Positions 41,740 through 53,887 of a stretch of 64,000 bases of DNA are shown piece by piece. The stretch is from Eledone cirrhosa (lineage: Eukaryota), in contig OZ024751.1 of assembly GCA_964016885.1 (NCBI GenBank), positions 6,076,001 to 6,140,000 on the forward strand, read 5' to 3'. The notes below the pieces were generated by a model. That model ran no database searches, had not been told where the DNA came from, and saw only the letters and a program-made list of their open reading frames with translations. The position numbers and the translations under genes were made by a program. Each line of letters starts with the position of its first letter. Position 1 is the stretch's first letter.

Positions 41740-43993
41740 TTTCACAAAGTTTTACCAATAGAGAGAGAGTCGGTTTCTAACATGACACAAGACTCTCTCA
41801 TTGGAATTTACACAACACCAACTAGGTGGATATGTATGTATGCATGTGTAGATATGGATGTTATTGTATGTGTGGATGTGGATGTTTTGAATTGTATGTG
41901 TGCATGTGTATATGCTTTGCATCTGTACATGTGTATATGCAGTTATTATATGCAACATTTTGGGAATGTTTTACATATTTTTACTGTTCCATTAATGGAT
42001 TGTACTTGTAGTTTCCTAACTAGTTGTGTTCTTTCTGTTCCTGTGAAGCCTAGCTTCTCAAGATTTGTATTGAGGCAGGTACTAACATACCCCATTGCCC
42101 CAATAATCACAGGCATACATCTGAAGGTGTAATCAGGGTGGAATATCTGCAGATTTCTCATCATTTCTGCATAAATATTATCCTTTTCACTAATCTTTGC
42201 TGTTATACTGGCATCTGCCGGGCAGCTAATTTCCACTACTTTGCATGCTTTCTTCTCCCTGTACCATATCATAATATCTGGTCTGTTATGCCTGAATTTT
42301 ATTGGGGTTTTTACTGGAACGTTCCATCAGTACTCTTTCATATTATTAACATGGATGTCTACTACATTGCTGTAGCTTTTAATGTGTTTATTATCGGCTA
42401 TCCTTTTTACGAACTGCATTGTACAGTGTTTTGGCCACTACATCATGCCTCATAGGTAGATAGTACCGCGATGACATCTTTGGACAGCTGCTGTTGACAT
42501 GGGTGAGATCCTCGATGTTAGTTCTCCAGAGTCTGCACTTGTTATCACATCTAGGTGTGTTGCCTGCATCACTATCTCTTTTGTGAATCAGGTATTTCGT
42601 GTTAATCTCCTGTTCTTGGATTGCAAAAGCGTATCCTTCAAAGTGGGAGCCAATATAGCGGTTGTTGGTCCAAGGTCGACGACTTTTCTTATCTATATTA
42701 CCCTCACTCTGGAGCTTCCTGGCAACTAATCCATGCATGATTTTTTGCTGATAAGCATGCACTTTTTCATCCATTGATTCAGTGCAATACTGGTGAGCGA
42801 CATCCCTGGGTGTGAGTTTTTGATTATCACACAGGGAATATCTCTCGAGGAGTTCCTTTCATACTCTGATGATCTTATCTGTTTAATGCAGACAGACTTG
42901 CTCGAGAAACGGGCTCCTACGCTTCGAGGTTCGGAGATGTTGTCGGAGAGATATGATGCGATATTCAAATGTTGTCTGGACTGATGTTGGCCTCTGCCTC
43001 TCTACTTACGTTTCAAGTAAAGGCAGTCTGTGTCACTGTTGATGTGGAAGTATCCGGTTTTGTTTAGTAATTTTCGAGTTCCAACATCAACTGCTCGGAT
43101 TTCGTCTATCGTCCAATTGAGTATTCCAACGGTGTTAGGACAGGCACAGTAAACACCCGATTAAGAAAGATCTGGTCATCGGAACTCTCTGCGCAAAACA
43201 AAACCACTGTTTTGTTTTGCGCAGAGATGTAGTATTCTCTGGTTACGCGTTCTTTATTACAGATACCATTATAGGATATGTTTTCATCTATCCCCAGGTA
43301 TCTGTCGCATTCCTCATCAGATATCGGTGAAACAGTTAGGCCATTGATTACAATGTTACTACATTGGGTCGTTGTTTTTCCCCACTTTACATTCATGAAT
43401 GAGCATTTATCTTGGCCAAATTCCATTCCTATATCCTTTGAGAACGTTGTAACCAGGTCAAGATTTTTCTTCATCCCATCCATGTTCTTGGCATAGAGTT
43501 TCAGATCGTCCACAAAGAAATTATGGGTAAGGTTCGTATTTCTGTCCGCCTGTGAGCCAATGATGTATCCCTCACATTTGTTGAGCAGAAAGGACAAGGG
43601 GTTTAATGACAGGATGAATAATATCACAGAGAGACTGTCTCCCTGAAATATGCCCATGCAATATTTTATTTTATCAGTGAAAATAGAGACCCCCTCTCTG
43701 TCTTTAACCTTAGGATAGTAGCCCAAGAAGAATACAGCCTCTCTATCGTTCTGACAATAATGTCTGGGACTTTAGCAAGTTGGAGGGCCTCTATCATCCA
43801 AGAGTGGGGAACAGAATCGAAAGCTTTCCTGTAGTCCAGCCAAACTGTAGCCATATTCCTCCTAAATTGTCGCACCTCCGACATCGCAGTTTTGTTGATT
43901 AGGAGTTGTTCAGCACATCCCCAAACCCCTTTCTTTCCAGCTGCTTGTTCATCTATGATGATGTTATTATTTTCGCAATGATCTTGGAGGAAT
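41740..43993 (-). mobile_element. Degraded R4/Dong-like (RLE-type) non-LTR retrotransposon
   Basis: WLDYRKAFDSVPH, GIFQGDSLS, FVDDLK, YLGI, AIQEQEINT, zinc knuckle CRL..EDLTHVNSSC, RLE VVEISCP. Several frameshifts. Confidence 0.88.
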
Positions 43994-44085
43994 AGGTATG
44001 TATGTCTATATGTATGTATGCATGTACGTAAGTATGTAGCAAGAGAGGCAACAATAAGCAAAAACGGTCTATATGGAGAATAGCG

Positions 44086-44140
<55 letters not shown>

Positions 44141-44145
<5 letters not shown>

Positions 44146-45120
44146 AGTTAATATACATTAATATATGATAAACACAAAAGTGTTTGCATTGCAAAAGACG
44201 AAGCTAGCTAGAATGAAATAAACTAATTCAAATAAAATATAGTTTGCCTGTCTCGATTTAAAATAATAAATCAATAAAAACAAACCCATATTGGCAAATA
44301 GCCGTGATACCTGGACAAATTTAAATTTCAAAATCCAAACCTGTTCCGCAGATAAATTTGAATTTCAAAACCCAAATAAGTTTCGCAACGATAGTATAAA
44401 AAGTGAAATATTCCAATTTTCTTTGCAATACAAACACTTTTGTGTTTATCATATATTAATTTATATTAACTTGTATTTCTCGGCTCAGGAATGCTTCTTT
44501 CTTTGAGCTAATTAACTGTAAAGGACTGTTTGAATTTATAACTCTGAATATAATATAATATTACGGCTCCTTTTTGTTGAGCTAATTTTTAATCCCATAT
44601 AAACGGCTGTTATTTCTAGCGCCATAAATATGAGATAGCTAGTGAGCTGGAAAACCTCGTGCTAAACCTCATGCGTTTGCGCTAGTGAACCAGACCTTCT
44701 AAATTATTTAGAGGTGAAACATCCTAGTTTTTCTGGATACCTGTTGAGAAGCACAGAAAATTGGATAATTTCACTTTTTATACTATCGTTGCGAAACTTA
44801 TTTGGGTTTTGAAATTCAAATTTATCTGCGGAACAGGTTTGGATTTTGAAATTTAAATTTGCCCAGGTATCACGGCTATTTGCCAATATGGGTTTGTTTT
44901 TATTGATTTATTATTTTAAATCGAGACAGGCAAACTATATTTTATTTGAATTAGTTTATTTCATTCTAGCTAACTTCGTCTTTTGCAATACAAACACTTT
45001 TGTGTTTATCATATATTAATTTATATTAACTTGTATTTCTCGGCTCAGAAATGCTTCTTTCTTTGAGCTAATTAATTGTAAAGGACTGTTTGAGTTTATA
45101 ACTCTGAATATAATATAATA
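44141..45120 (+). mobile_element. Non-coding ~560-bp unit in partial tandem with inverted 5' duplication (Penelope pLTR-like, family D)
   Basis: 44141-44421 is inverted relative to 44755-45036. 44422-44560 is repeated directly at 44982-45120. Flanked by (TA)n. Confidence 0.75.
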
Positions 45121-45640
45121 TATATATATATATGTGTGTGTGTGTGTTGTGTGTGTGTATGTGTATGTGGGTGTGTGTGTTTGTGTGTGTGTCTGTGTCT
45201 GTGTGTATGTATGTGTGTGTGTGGTGAGAGTATAAAGATGTATAGATAGATAGATGTATGACAAATTTACGTTTATATTTTATTCCAGTATTATTACCGA
45301 ACGCAACCTCAAGTGCGCTCGTTACAGAGACATATTTCACATGTACAATGAAATTTAGAGTAATTTGTCAATATATATAGTAAAACACGTTCATTCACGG
45401 AAGCCTACATACAAACATACTTACATACATGCATACATATAAATACGTCAATAAATATCATACACAGATATGTATTTACATGTAGATGACTACACACACA
45501 CACGCGCGCGCACACACATACATACACACACACGCACACACACTCACACACACACACATACACACACACACACACACATTCACACACACACATATATAGT
45601 ATATATAGATATAATACAAACACAGACACACATATGTATG

Positions 45641-45683
<43 letters not shown>

Positions 45684-45694
45684 ATATATATATA

Positions 45695-46705
45695 CAATAA
45701 TGCTGAAACAATCATAAAGGAACTTGAGCAGGAACAAACCTATAAATACTTAGGGATTAATGAAGGCTCTGTCATACAGCATGCAAGTATGAAAGAGAAG
45801 GATAAGGAAAGGATGTTAGGGGAGAGTACGTGCAGTTCTGAGAATTGAACTAAACACTCCTAACAAGGTGATAGTCATAACTTTCTTGGCAGTCACAGTT
45901 GTCACTTATAGCTTCTGTGTGTTGAACTGGAATAGGCGTGAAATCAAAAGAATCGACACCAAAATCCGTAAGCTACTGACCTGTAAAAGGATGCACCACC
46001 CAAAAGCAAATGTGGATCGTCTTTACCTTCCCAGAACTCAAGGAGGCCGTGGCCTGATCCAATTTAAACTTGCTTACAAGACCACCATCATTGGACTCGC
46101 CAAATACCTTGAAACAACTAGCGAATGTATGCTGAAACTTGTTGAAAAGCATGAGAGAAGTAATAAGCTTTCTTCTATCTTGAAGGAGAGCAAAGAATAT
46201 GCTACTGATCTCATGCTTGATACCCAGGCTGGACAGACTAAAAAACTGTTGCAACTGATGCTGCTAGGCACATACAATCACTGGCAAAAGCAAAAGGGCA
46301 AGGACAATTAGCATCAAATTGGGAGCAGAAACCTCTGCACGGCAAATATGTGGCCCGTAGCAAACAAGCTGATGTTGACCAAAAGCACACCCACCAGTGG
46401 CTACGTAGTTCAGGGCTAAAGGCGGAGAGTGAAGGCTTCATCTTTTCTGCCCAAGATCAAAGCTTTTTGACTCATAATTACCAGGCCAATGTGATGAGAA
46501 ACGGAATAAACCGAAAGTGCCGATTCTGCAATGCTGAGGTTGAAATGGTGGATCACTTAGTCTCTAGATGTAAAGTTTTAGCACCAGTAGAATAGAAATA
46601 TAGACATGACAGAGTTAGCCAATATCTACACTGAGTAATAAGTCGGCATTACAAATCAAAGCTGAAGACAAGTGGTACAATCATCGACCTGAGGCTGTAA
46701 CTGCA
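45695..46705 (+). mobile_element. R4/Dong-like LINE fragment, second subfamily
   Basis: YKYLGI, RMHHPKANVDRLYLPRTQGGRGL, AESEGFIFSAQDQ, CRFC..EMVDHLVSRC. Frameshifted. Confidence 0.85.
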
Positions 46706-47090
46706 GAGTTTATCCCGAACTCCTCGGTAGGACTTGCAGGCCAGGGATTTCTGGAAATTGTTCATAGGCCTCGGCCCGAAAGTTCTTCCGAAGAGATTGG
46801 CTAGTTGATTTTCGTCGACGCCTAGAATTTCCCCAAGTACGTCGTCGTTCTTCCTCTCCACTAATCTTCTATAGAACGCCAAGATGGAGTTTCCACCGAT
46901 CACATTGCCCGACTGGTCGAGGGCTGTGAGCGCCTGAAGACATTCCAGTCTCCAAGCGCTCCCTCTCAGGCTTCGCTTGACCCAGGACTGCAACTCCGTC
47001 AAGGAGACGAGCTGGGGAAAGACGCGTCTAGCAAACAGCGACTACACCTGATCACCGTTGAGGAAGAGGTGGAGATGTCGTAGCCTGAGC
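46700..47090 (-). mobile_element. L1/Tx1-like LINE C-terminal fragment
   Basis: GC-rich island encoding NNFQKSLACKSYRGVRDKL, which resembles the region before zf-RVT in Tx1 ORF2. Confidence 0.5.
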
Positions 47091-47094
47091 GCTT

Positions 47095-47330
47095 TTACTT
47101 TGTATTCATAAACTCTATTATTTTTAAGACAGTTATTATTCAATGGGCAAATATTAAGATTTTTAGAGTTGCAATTATTTCTGTTACCATTTGAAGCTCC
47201 CTCCCTATGTCTATGTGTGCGTAGGTTTATCTGATCTATGTTAATGATGTTATCCCTGTTATCCAAGTTGCTGTTTATTCTATCAGTATTTCTAGGTTTG
47301 TTATAGTGGATTATCTCCCTATGTTATGTA
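47095..47330 (-). mobile_element. Degraded Penelope-like linker/endonuclease fragment
   Basis: NCNSKNLNICPLNNNCLKNNRVYEYKV resembles CNC..PLNNQCLARNIVY of the 33949 ORF. Confidence 0.55.
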
Positions 47331-47510
47331 AAAGTCGGTAGATTTTTATTCAATTAACTTTCTCAAAATAAATATATGTGTTAAATATTTTTTACTTCTA
47401 TATTCTTTCTCTCACTGGACGATAAATGTATTTAAAATCCAGATATGCATGTGAGTGGGTGTGTATTAGTCTATATATGGTTGTCTATACATGTGTGTGT
47501 GTCTGTGTAC

Positions 47511-47612
<102 letters not shown>

Positions 47613-47899
47613 TAAAATAACAGATTACTTGTAGGTATGTGTGTGCGCTTGTTATATACGTATTTATTTATTTATGTACGTTTATTTAATTATTTATTTA
47701 TTTGTATACACGCACACACACACACACATATTTATATGTGCATGGTTTTGTATACCTATGGCAAGTGTTTTCGCGTTTGCTCGTGTATGTACGTATTTGC
47801 ATGCGTGTATGTATTTATTTAATTTCAATTACCTCTGTATTGTATTTTATTTACTTTATTCTTAACTCTGAAGCGGAGATTCATTCGATTTCCTAGTTA

Positions 47900-48177
47900 G
47901 AATTTTAGTCTACGACTTCAGCTATACAATTTACGTGGTTTTGTCTTTGCGTGCAATTGTTCTCCACGATCCACATATGACGTATTATCTTCGTTTTTTT
48001 CCGTAAAATTGCCAGAGAACGTCTCTATGAACCACCTAAGAGAATATTAGTTTACGACTTCTTTTATACCATAAACGTGGTTCTGTCTTTGCGTTGTAAT
48101 TGTTCTCACCGCTCCTATTAATGACGTATTATATTCGTTTTTCCCGTTCTTTGCCAGTGAACGTTTCCACGAACCAA
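47900..48177 (+). repeat. Diverged direct duplication (~142-bp unit, two copies)
   Basis: GAAT.TTAGT.TACGACTTC...ACGTGGTT.TGTCTTTGCGT...ATGACGTATTAT.TTCGTTTTT...TTGCCAG.GAACGT...GAACCA occurs twice. Confidence 0.8.
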
Positions 48178-48240
48178 AGTATCGTCTTCCTGTCTTCCTC
48201 CGGTTGCAACGTTTTTTGAAATATCCACTTCTGCGTTTAC

Positions 48241-48312
48241 AGATTGAATTTGTTAGTTTCAGAAGATCCCGTTAAGGGTGAAAGCAGCGATTCTTTGCTT
48301 AAACTTTAATCT
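48241..48312 (+). ncRNA. Hammerhead-fold motif with variant core CAGAAGA (family C)
   Basis: AGTTT-CAGAAGA-T CCC GTTAA GGG T-GAAA-GCA..TGC-TT-AAACT, with distal pairing AGATTGA/TTAATCT. Confidence 0.65.
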
Positions 48313-48432
48313 GTTATTTTAATAAATATTTGCTCTACGGTTCTTATATATTTGATATATATTTATCCTTATCGAGCCCTCTTTGGACTTTAGTCTTCAA
48401 ATTTATTATTATTACTATATATATATATATAC

Positions 48433-48477
<45 letters not shown>

Positions 48478-48624
48478 CGTGTGTATATATGTTTGTATAT
48501 AACTGTGTTTTTACCTTTGTTTTACATATAGTTCTTTCACTAAGTATTCCTACCTCTCTCACTATATCTACATTGTTAAGACTATATGTTTGTTCTAATT
48601 AGCGCGTTCTATTTATTGCTTTAA

Positions 48625-48675
<51 letters not shown>

Positions 48676-48677
<2 letters not shown>

Positions 48678-49035
48678 TACGCCATCTTGTTTTTGTGTGT
48701 CACAAGACACACAAAAACAAGATGGCGTAGGACAGAACAAAGGAGAGACACAAAAAACAAAGAAAAGAATCCCCAGTCTCGGAAGAGGTCACAAAATGTG
48801 TGACGAAAGAACTTTGACAATATATAAACAACCATCTGGTTGTGGAACCAACCAACCAACCAACCGGAAATTTATAAATTCCTAAATTTATAAATTTAAT
48901 ATAATAAATTGAAGTGAAAGCAACTGGTGCGTGTGTTTCTTATTGGCAACATGACCCTCCCAAAGTATAACAATATCGGTTTCAACACACGTTTTCAGAT
49001 AAAGAATCTTGCTAAACAAATTCAGAAACAAAATA
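48676..49035 (+). mobile_element. Solo pLTR/3' region of the Penelope family at 61706-63350, with 5' hairpin and mutated HHR
   Basis: 48707-48975 is the reverse complement of 61706-61960. A 26-bp perfect inverted repeat spans 48676-48731. HHR core reads CGGAAGA. Confidence 0.82.
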
Positions 49036-49118
49036 TATATATATTACTTCAATCAAAATGACGACTAATTTCCATTTTCCAATCTTAAGGCTAATTTTAA
49101 TTTCAGGTGTGTAAAAAG

Positions 49119-49303
49119 AATTGTTTCTACTTTTGGCACAAGCCTAGCAATTATCACAGTGTATTACAGGTACTTTATTTTATCGACCCCGTAATGATGA
49201 AAGGCAAAGTTAACCTAGGTCGTATTTGAACTCAGACCATAAAGGGCCCTAACACTTTGCTGCAAAGCATGGCATCCGACCCTCTACCGATACTGCCAAT
49301 CCA
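49119..49303 (-). mobile_element. tRNA-derived SINE (family 1)
   Basis: Reverse-complement match to 51386-51570. Confidence 0.85.
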
Positions 49304-49870
49304 CATTTTCATATTAAGTTGGTAGGGCTGGTAAATTCTGTTGTCTTGAATAAGTATGTTTCGTTACCATCCATGTGATACTAGTTAATATTTACATGCG
49401 GTGTATTTAGATTATCTAATATTCTCTACTTAAATTTGTATTCTTTATTTCATTCAAAATTTTAAATCCTAACTTCTGATGTTTGGGAAAAAGTAATATC
49501 TAAACCCTCCTAATAAAAATTTTGTATTGTTGGCAACTGACAGCCAGCTATATTGTCCAAACTGAACTGGGAGGTTAGTAAGAAATTCGTTTATAATCTT
49601 AGTCCTCCACTACCACACGTCCCAAATAGCCTGCAACACCAGTAGAAATGCCTGCAACATCAAGGACGAAGAAAGTAACCTACATAGAACTGGGCTGCTG
49701 TGTCTTTTGGGGGATGCATTGTCTTACGCCTGCGCACAGCCGTACAAGCTGTAGGAGCTGATTGAAGCTCACAGGGGAACGGACGATCGCTTCAAAAACA
49801 TTGTGTTCGTCCGATCCTTTGTCACTTTGAACTTGGAATGCCTAATAAAATTAACCTTATTATGTAAGAA

Positions 49871-49949
49871 GCTGTCTGATGAGATGATGGCATTGGATTT
49901 TTACACGGAATTACGGGGCCACTGCTGTCATTGAAATATATATAACGGC
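49871..49949 (+). ncRNA. Type I hammerhead ribozyme (family E)
   Basis: GCTGT-CTGATGA (49876)-GATGATGGCA...TGCTGTCATT-GAAA (49933)-TATATA-TA-ACGGC. All three stems pair. Confidence 0.85.
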
Positions 49950-49982
49950 GGCCTTTTAATAAAGGAATTTTAACATCTGAAC

Positions 49983-50040
<58 letters not shown>

Positions 50041-50080
50041 GATATTAAACAAATGGAAACTACATTTATAAAACCATATT

Positions 50081-50146
50081 TATTTCATTATATATATTTC
50101 AGGGATATCATATTAAAAATATGGTATGCCCTCTTCAGACAAAATG
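50081..50146 (-). ncRNA. Type I hammerhead ribozyme (family B, inverted arm)
   Basis: Reverse complement of the motif at 50293-50358. Confidence 0.8.
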
Positions 50147-50292
50147 CAATATATAAACAGTTTTATAAATAAATTTGAATAGAAACAAATGTCAACTTCC
50201 ATTTAAAAAGTTGTTTTTAAAAACAACTTTTTAAATGGAAGTTGTAAAGTTTAAGGTATGTCAAATTTATTTATAAAACTGTTTATATATTG

Positions 50293-50358
50293 TATTTTGT
50301 CTGAAGAGGGCATACCATATTTTTAATATGATATCCCTGAAATATATATAATGAAATA
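50293..50358 (+). ncRNA. Type I hammerhead ribozyme (family B)
   Basis: TATTTTGT-CTGAAGA-GGGCATACCATATT TTT AATATGATATCCCT-GAAA-TATATA-TA-ATGAAATA. Confidence 0.85.
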
Positions 50359-50484
50359 AATATGGTTTTATAAATGTAGTTTCCATTTATTTAATATCGT
50401 AAATAAACTCCAAAACTTGTTCAGTGCTTTTATATCTGTTATAAAATATTTACTCGTTGTAACCCAACAATTTTAAATAAAACT

Positions 50485-50522
<38 letters not shown>

Positions 50523-50654
50523 CACAGAATAAGGAAATACAAAATAGTTCAGATCTTAAAATAATGGTTTCTGTCAATGTGGATTAGATTGATGTGGTGT
50601 TACACTCACAGCCCATGTCTCTCTCACTCTCTTCATCTCTCAGTATATAAGTAA

Positions 50655-50840
50655 ATTCTGGTCCATGCACAGCCCGCCCCGCGGTCCACGAGGGCTGAAT
50701 AGAGAAGGCATTTTCCAGGAGGATGGTAAGAGAGACGCATTGCAGCTCTGGAGTCTCATACCTGCGAGTAGCGAACTGTGGGGCGATGGTGTTGAGTAGG
50801 GACGTGGTCCTAGCGCCAAAGACACCAGAAGACTCCACTT
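50655..50840 (-). mobile_element. CRE-like retrotransposon 3' fragment
   Basis: ESSGVFGARTTSLLNTI..QCVSLTILLENAFSI is homologous to the C-terminus of the 1815-2483 ORF. Confidence 0.7.
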
Positions 50841-51385
50841 CTAAACATACAACCTATGGTAATTTTCCTTAGTATGTCTTATGGACACGACAAACATATT
50901 TGGTTTTTTGTGTCCATAAATCATACATTTTCCGGTTTACTTGCTTAGAAAAAATGTCTTACAACCTTAATTCTATGTTTGGAGATATATTTGAATTTCT
51001 ATTGTTTTACAGACAGGTACTTTATTTTATCGACCCCGAGGTGATTAAAACTCAGAAACTAGAGAGATTGCATATATACGACATAATATTCTATCCAAGG
51101 CAAACACGAGTCTGATCTGACATATATCAGCCCAGTGTTCACGAATGCTCTTTAACCCCGTTCAATGTATTAACACACTTATTCACCAGTTACTCTCAAG
51201 CCTCAAATAACAGGGGAGTAGATATTTGTTTAATGTCTTATAAGCGGGTGGGTTGGGAAATCGGTAATTGTATAGTGTACGTTCGTAAATATGGGATTTC
51301 TTGTGATGTCATTTTTGTTTGTCATATATAATGCTTTTTTTATTTTTATAATGTAAAATAAAAGTATTATTAGATTCTCCAGCAA

Positions 51386-51570
51386 GGGCGGTGGATTGGC
51401 AGTATCAGTAGAGGGTCGGACGCCATGCTTTCCAGCATAGTTACGTCCCTTTACGATCTGAGTTCAAATCCCGCCGAGGCTCACTTTGCCTTTCATCCTT
51501 ACGGGGTCGATAAAATAAAGTACCAGTAATGCCCTGGGTAATTGCTGGCCTTGTGCCTAAAGTAGAAACA
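51386..51570 (+). mobile_element. Full-length tRNA-derived SINE (family 1) with 18-bp TSD
   Basis: A box TGGCAGTATCAG and B box GAGTTCAAATCC. ATTATTAGATTCTCCAGC occurs at 51366-51383 and 51571-51588. Confidence 0.9.
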
Positions 51571-53467
51571 ATTATTAGATTCTCCAGCTGCTGTATCAAT
51601 GTGAATCACTAACAGTAAGATTTCGACAAAGGGAGAATACCAAATTTAATAAATGGGGGTGGGGCGTGGTTGAAAATAGTCTGAAATATTATTAAGTGGG
51701 GTGGGGGAGGTGAAGATGATTCAATACCTGAGAGTAGGTGTACGGTGCCCTCCTTTTAATTGCTAATATATATAGTGCCAATTAGTGGCAATAAACTACT
51801 AGCATATTTTAATTGGTATCGATTTTATACCTGGCAGATAAGGAAAAAATATCATGTCAAACATTAATTTGTAGTCTGTATTCAATTCATATTCTAATCT
51901 TCAAGATGTAACTCACACGAGTTCGATATATTTGATTATTTATGAAAGTATCGTTAATATTTTGCTTGTCAACCAGACATATTTGTGATAGAAGGGTACA
52001 ATAATTTTCTAAACTTCCGCGAATGTATAGCATGCATTGCACGCTGTAGGTCTCGCTCTTTCCTCTCTCTCTCTTCTCCCGTCTTTCTCTCCCCACTCTC
52101 TCTCTCCCTTCCCCCACGTTCATCCCACTTTCTCGCACCAAAAATGTTTCTTCGCCTTGTGCATGTATCGCGTCTATTGAGTGTTGTAGGTATCCCTCTT
52201 TGTTTTCTCTCTCTCTTCCCCTCGCTCTCTTGCCCACCCTCTTCCTACCTCTTTCTCCCAAAAATGCTTCTTCGCCTTACACACTTGCACATTTTACTGT
52301 TGTTGCTGTTTGACTACACTAAGTTAAATCTATGTTCGCAAATGTTGGCAAAGAAAATCATTAATTCATCTCACAGCTGCGGAAAAGATTTTCTATGTGG
52401 GTGACTTTTCACACACATTAACTGATTTTATTTCCTCACTCGCTCTTCTTGTTCATTTTGATCATTTGCCAGTCTTACATATCATTTTTGACATTTGTTT
52501 CTATTCTAGAATTTTATTGATCCTCACAGAGATATGCTTCTCTACCTTAACAGAAATCCCATTTAACCTTAATTCTAAAGCATAAAGAAGCAGGCTTTAA
52601 TAATTTCTGATATCTAATATCATTTCACAGCCTACAAATAGGGCAGAATCATATCACATTTATTATAATGAAACGAAATGTATTTTTTACCTGATACATC
52701 TATATTTCTCCTTTCTAAATATCTTCATATATTTTACAATTTTACTTATAAATTTCCTCTTACTTGAAACAAAATTGCAGAAATGTTGAAGATTTCAATA
52801 ATAATTGGCATTGATCCTTTGTTTGAATAATAAACTATATTCCTTCAAAACGAAGAATTCCTAAATATGTGTTGAGCTTTATTCTTTGCTATATTTGGAT
52901 CAGTTTTGTACAAGCAAATCGTATTTAAGTTAAAAAAATAACAAAATGAAATTATATTAAGAGTTTTTATTTTCATGTCTTATAGGCCTATAATTTACAG
53001 AGCAATTTCAGAACTTGATCTATACATGCATTCATTTGTAACACAAAGAATAATGTTGACAACAGCGGCGTCCTAGTTTGAGAATTCTCCTCACATGTAA
53101 GAGAATGAAAAAGATGTTTTAATATAATTAAATGTATAAAACAAAATTTGATTATAATTCAAATTCCACACTGAAAATTAAGTCAATTAAAAAAAAAACT
53201 ATAATAATCAATTATTCATTCTATATCTCCAACAAGAAATTCCGTTTAGAGTAGTTTAAGATGACTGATTAAATTAGCATTAATCGCTTTATATGGAGAG
53301 ATTTAAAAGACGATATCGATACAACATCCGGTCTCATTTGATCACAAATATCACACAAAATATTTCCTAACCAAAAACTTAATGTAAACTAAATAAAGCA
53401 GAGGATTCTTTAAATAACACGAAACCCTTTAATAACACCTAATCCAATGACGATTGGAGAAATTTGT

Positions 53468-53715
53468 GGACGCACGTGGCCTAGCGGTAAGAATGTTGGA
53501 CTTATGTTCATAATGTCAGGGGTTCGATTCCTGGACTTAGGTTGCGTGTTGTGTTCTTGAGAAAAACACCTCATTTCACGTTGCTCCAGTATGCTCAGCT
53601 GAAAACAACTACCAACAATAGATGGAGGTTTAAAGTTTGCGATGGACCGGTGTCCATTATACAGTAACACACATACAATGTTCTAGCTTAAATCGCAGGA
53701 AATCATGGTTGAATC
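53468..53715 (+). mobile_element. tRNA-derived SINE (family 2)
   Basis: A box GTGGCCTAGCGGTAAG, B box GGTTCGATTCC, then TTGTGTTCTTGAG..CATTTCACGTTGCTCCAGT. Confidence 0.75.
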
Positions 53716-53817
53716 TCATCCTCTTTAATATACTTACACTGCACACCCCCTACATCGAGTTCTACTCTGATTGGTGGTTTTCCAGGTCTTTGTATCGCAG
53801 ACACTTAATATATATAT

Positions 53818-53887
<70 letters not shown>

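Larger units (their letters stand above)
50039..50490 (+). mobile_element. Family B element: fold-back with two divergent HHRs and a central perfect palindrome
   Basis: 50039-50178 is inverted relative to 50261-50400. A 52-bp perfect palindrome spans 50193-50244. (TA)n on both sides. Confidence 0.85.

Noticed and set aside
52270-53110. Possible decayed C2H2 zinc-finger gene or host exon
   Set aside because: Only faint motif resemblance, many stops, and no clear splice sites.
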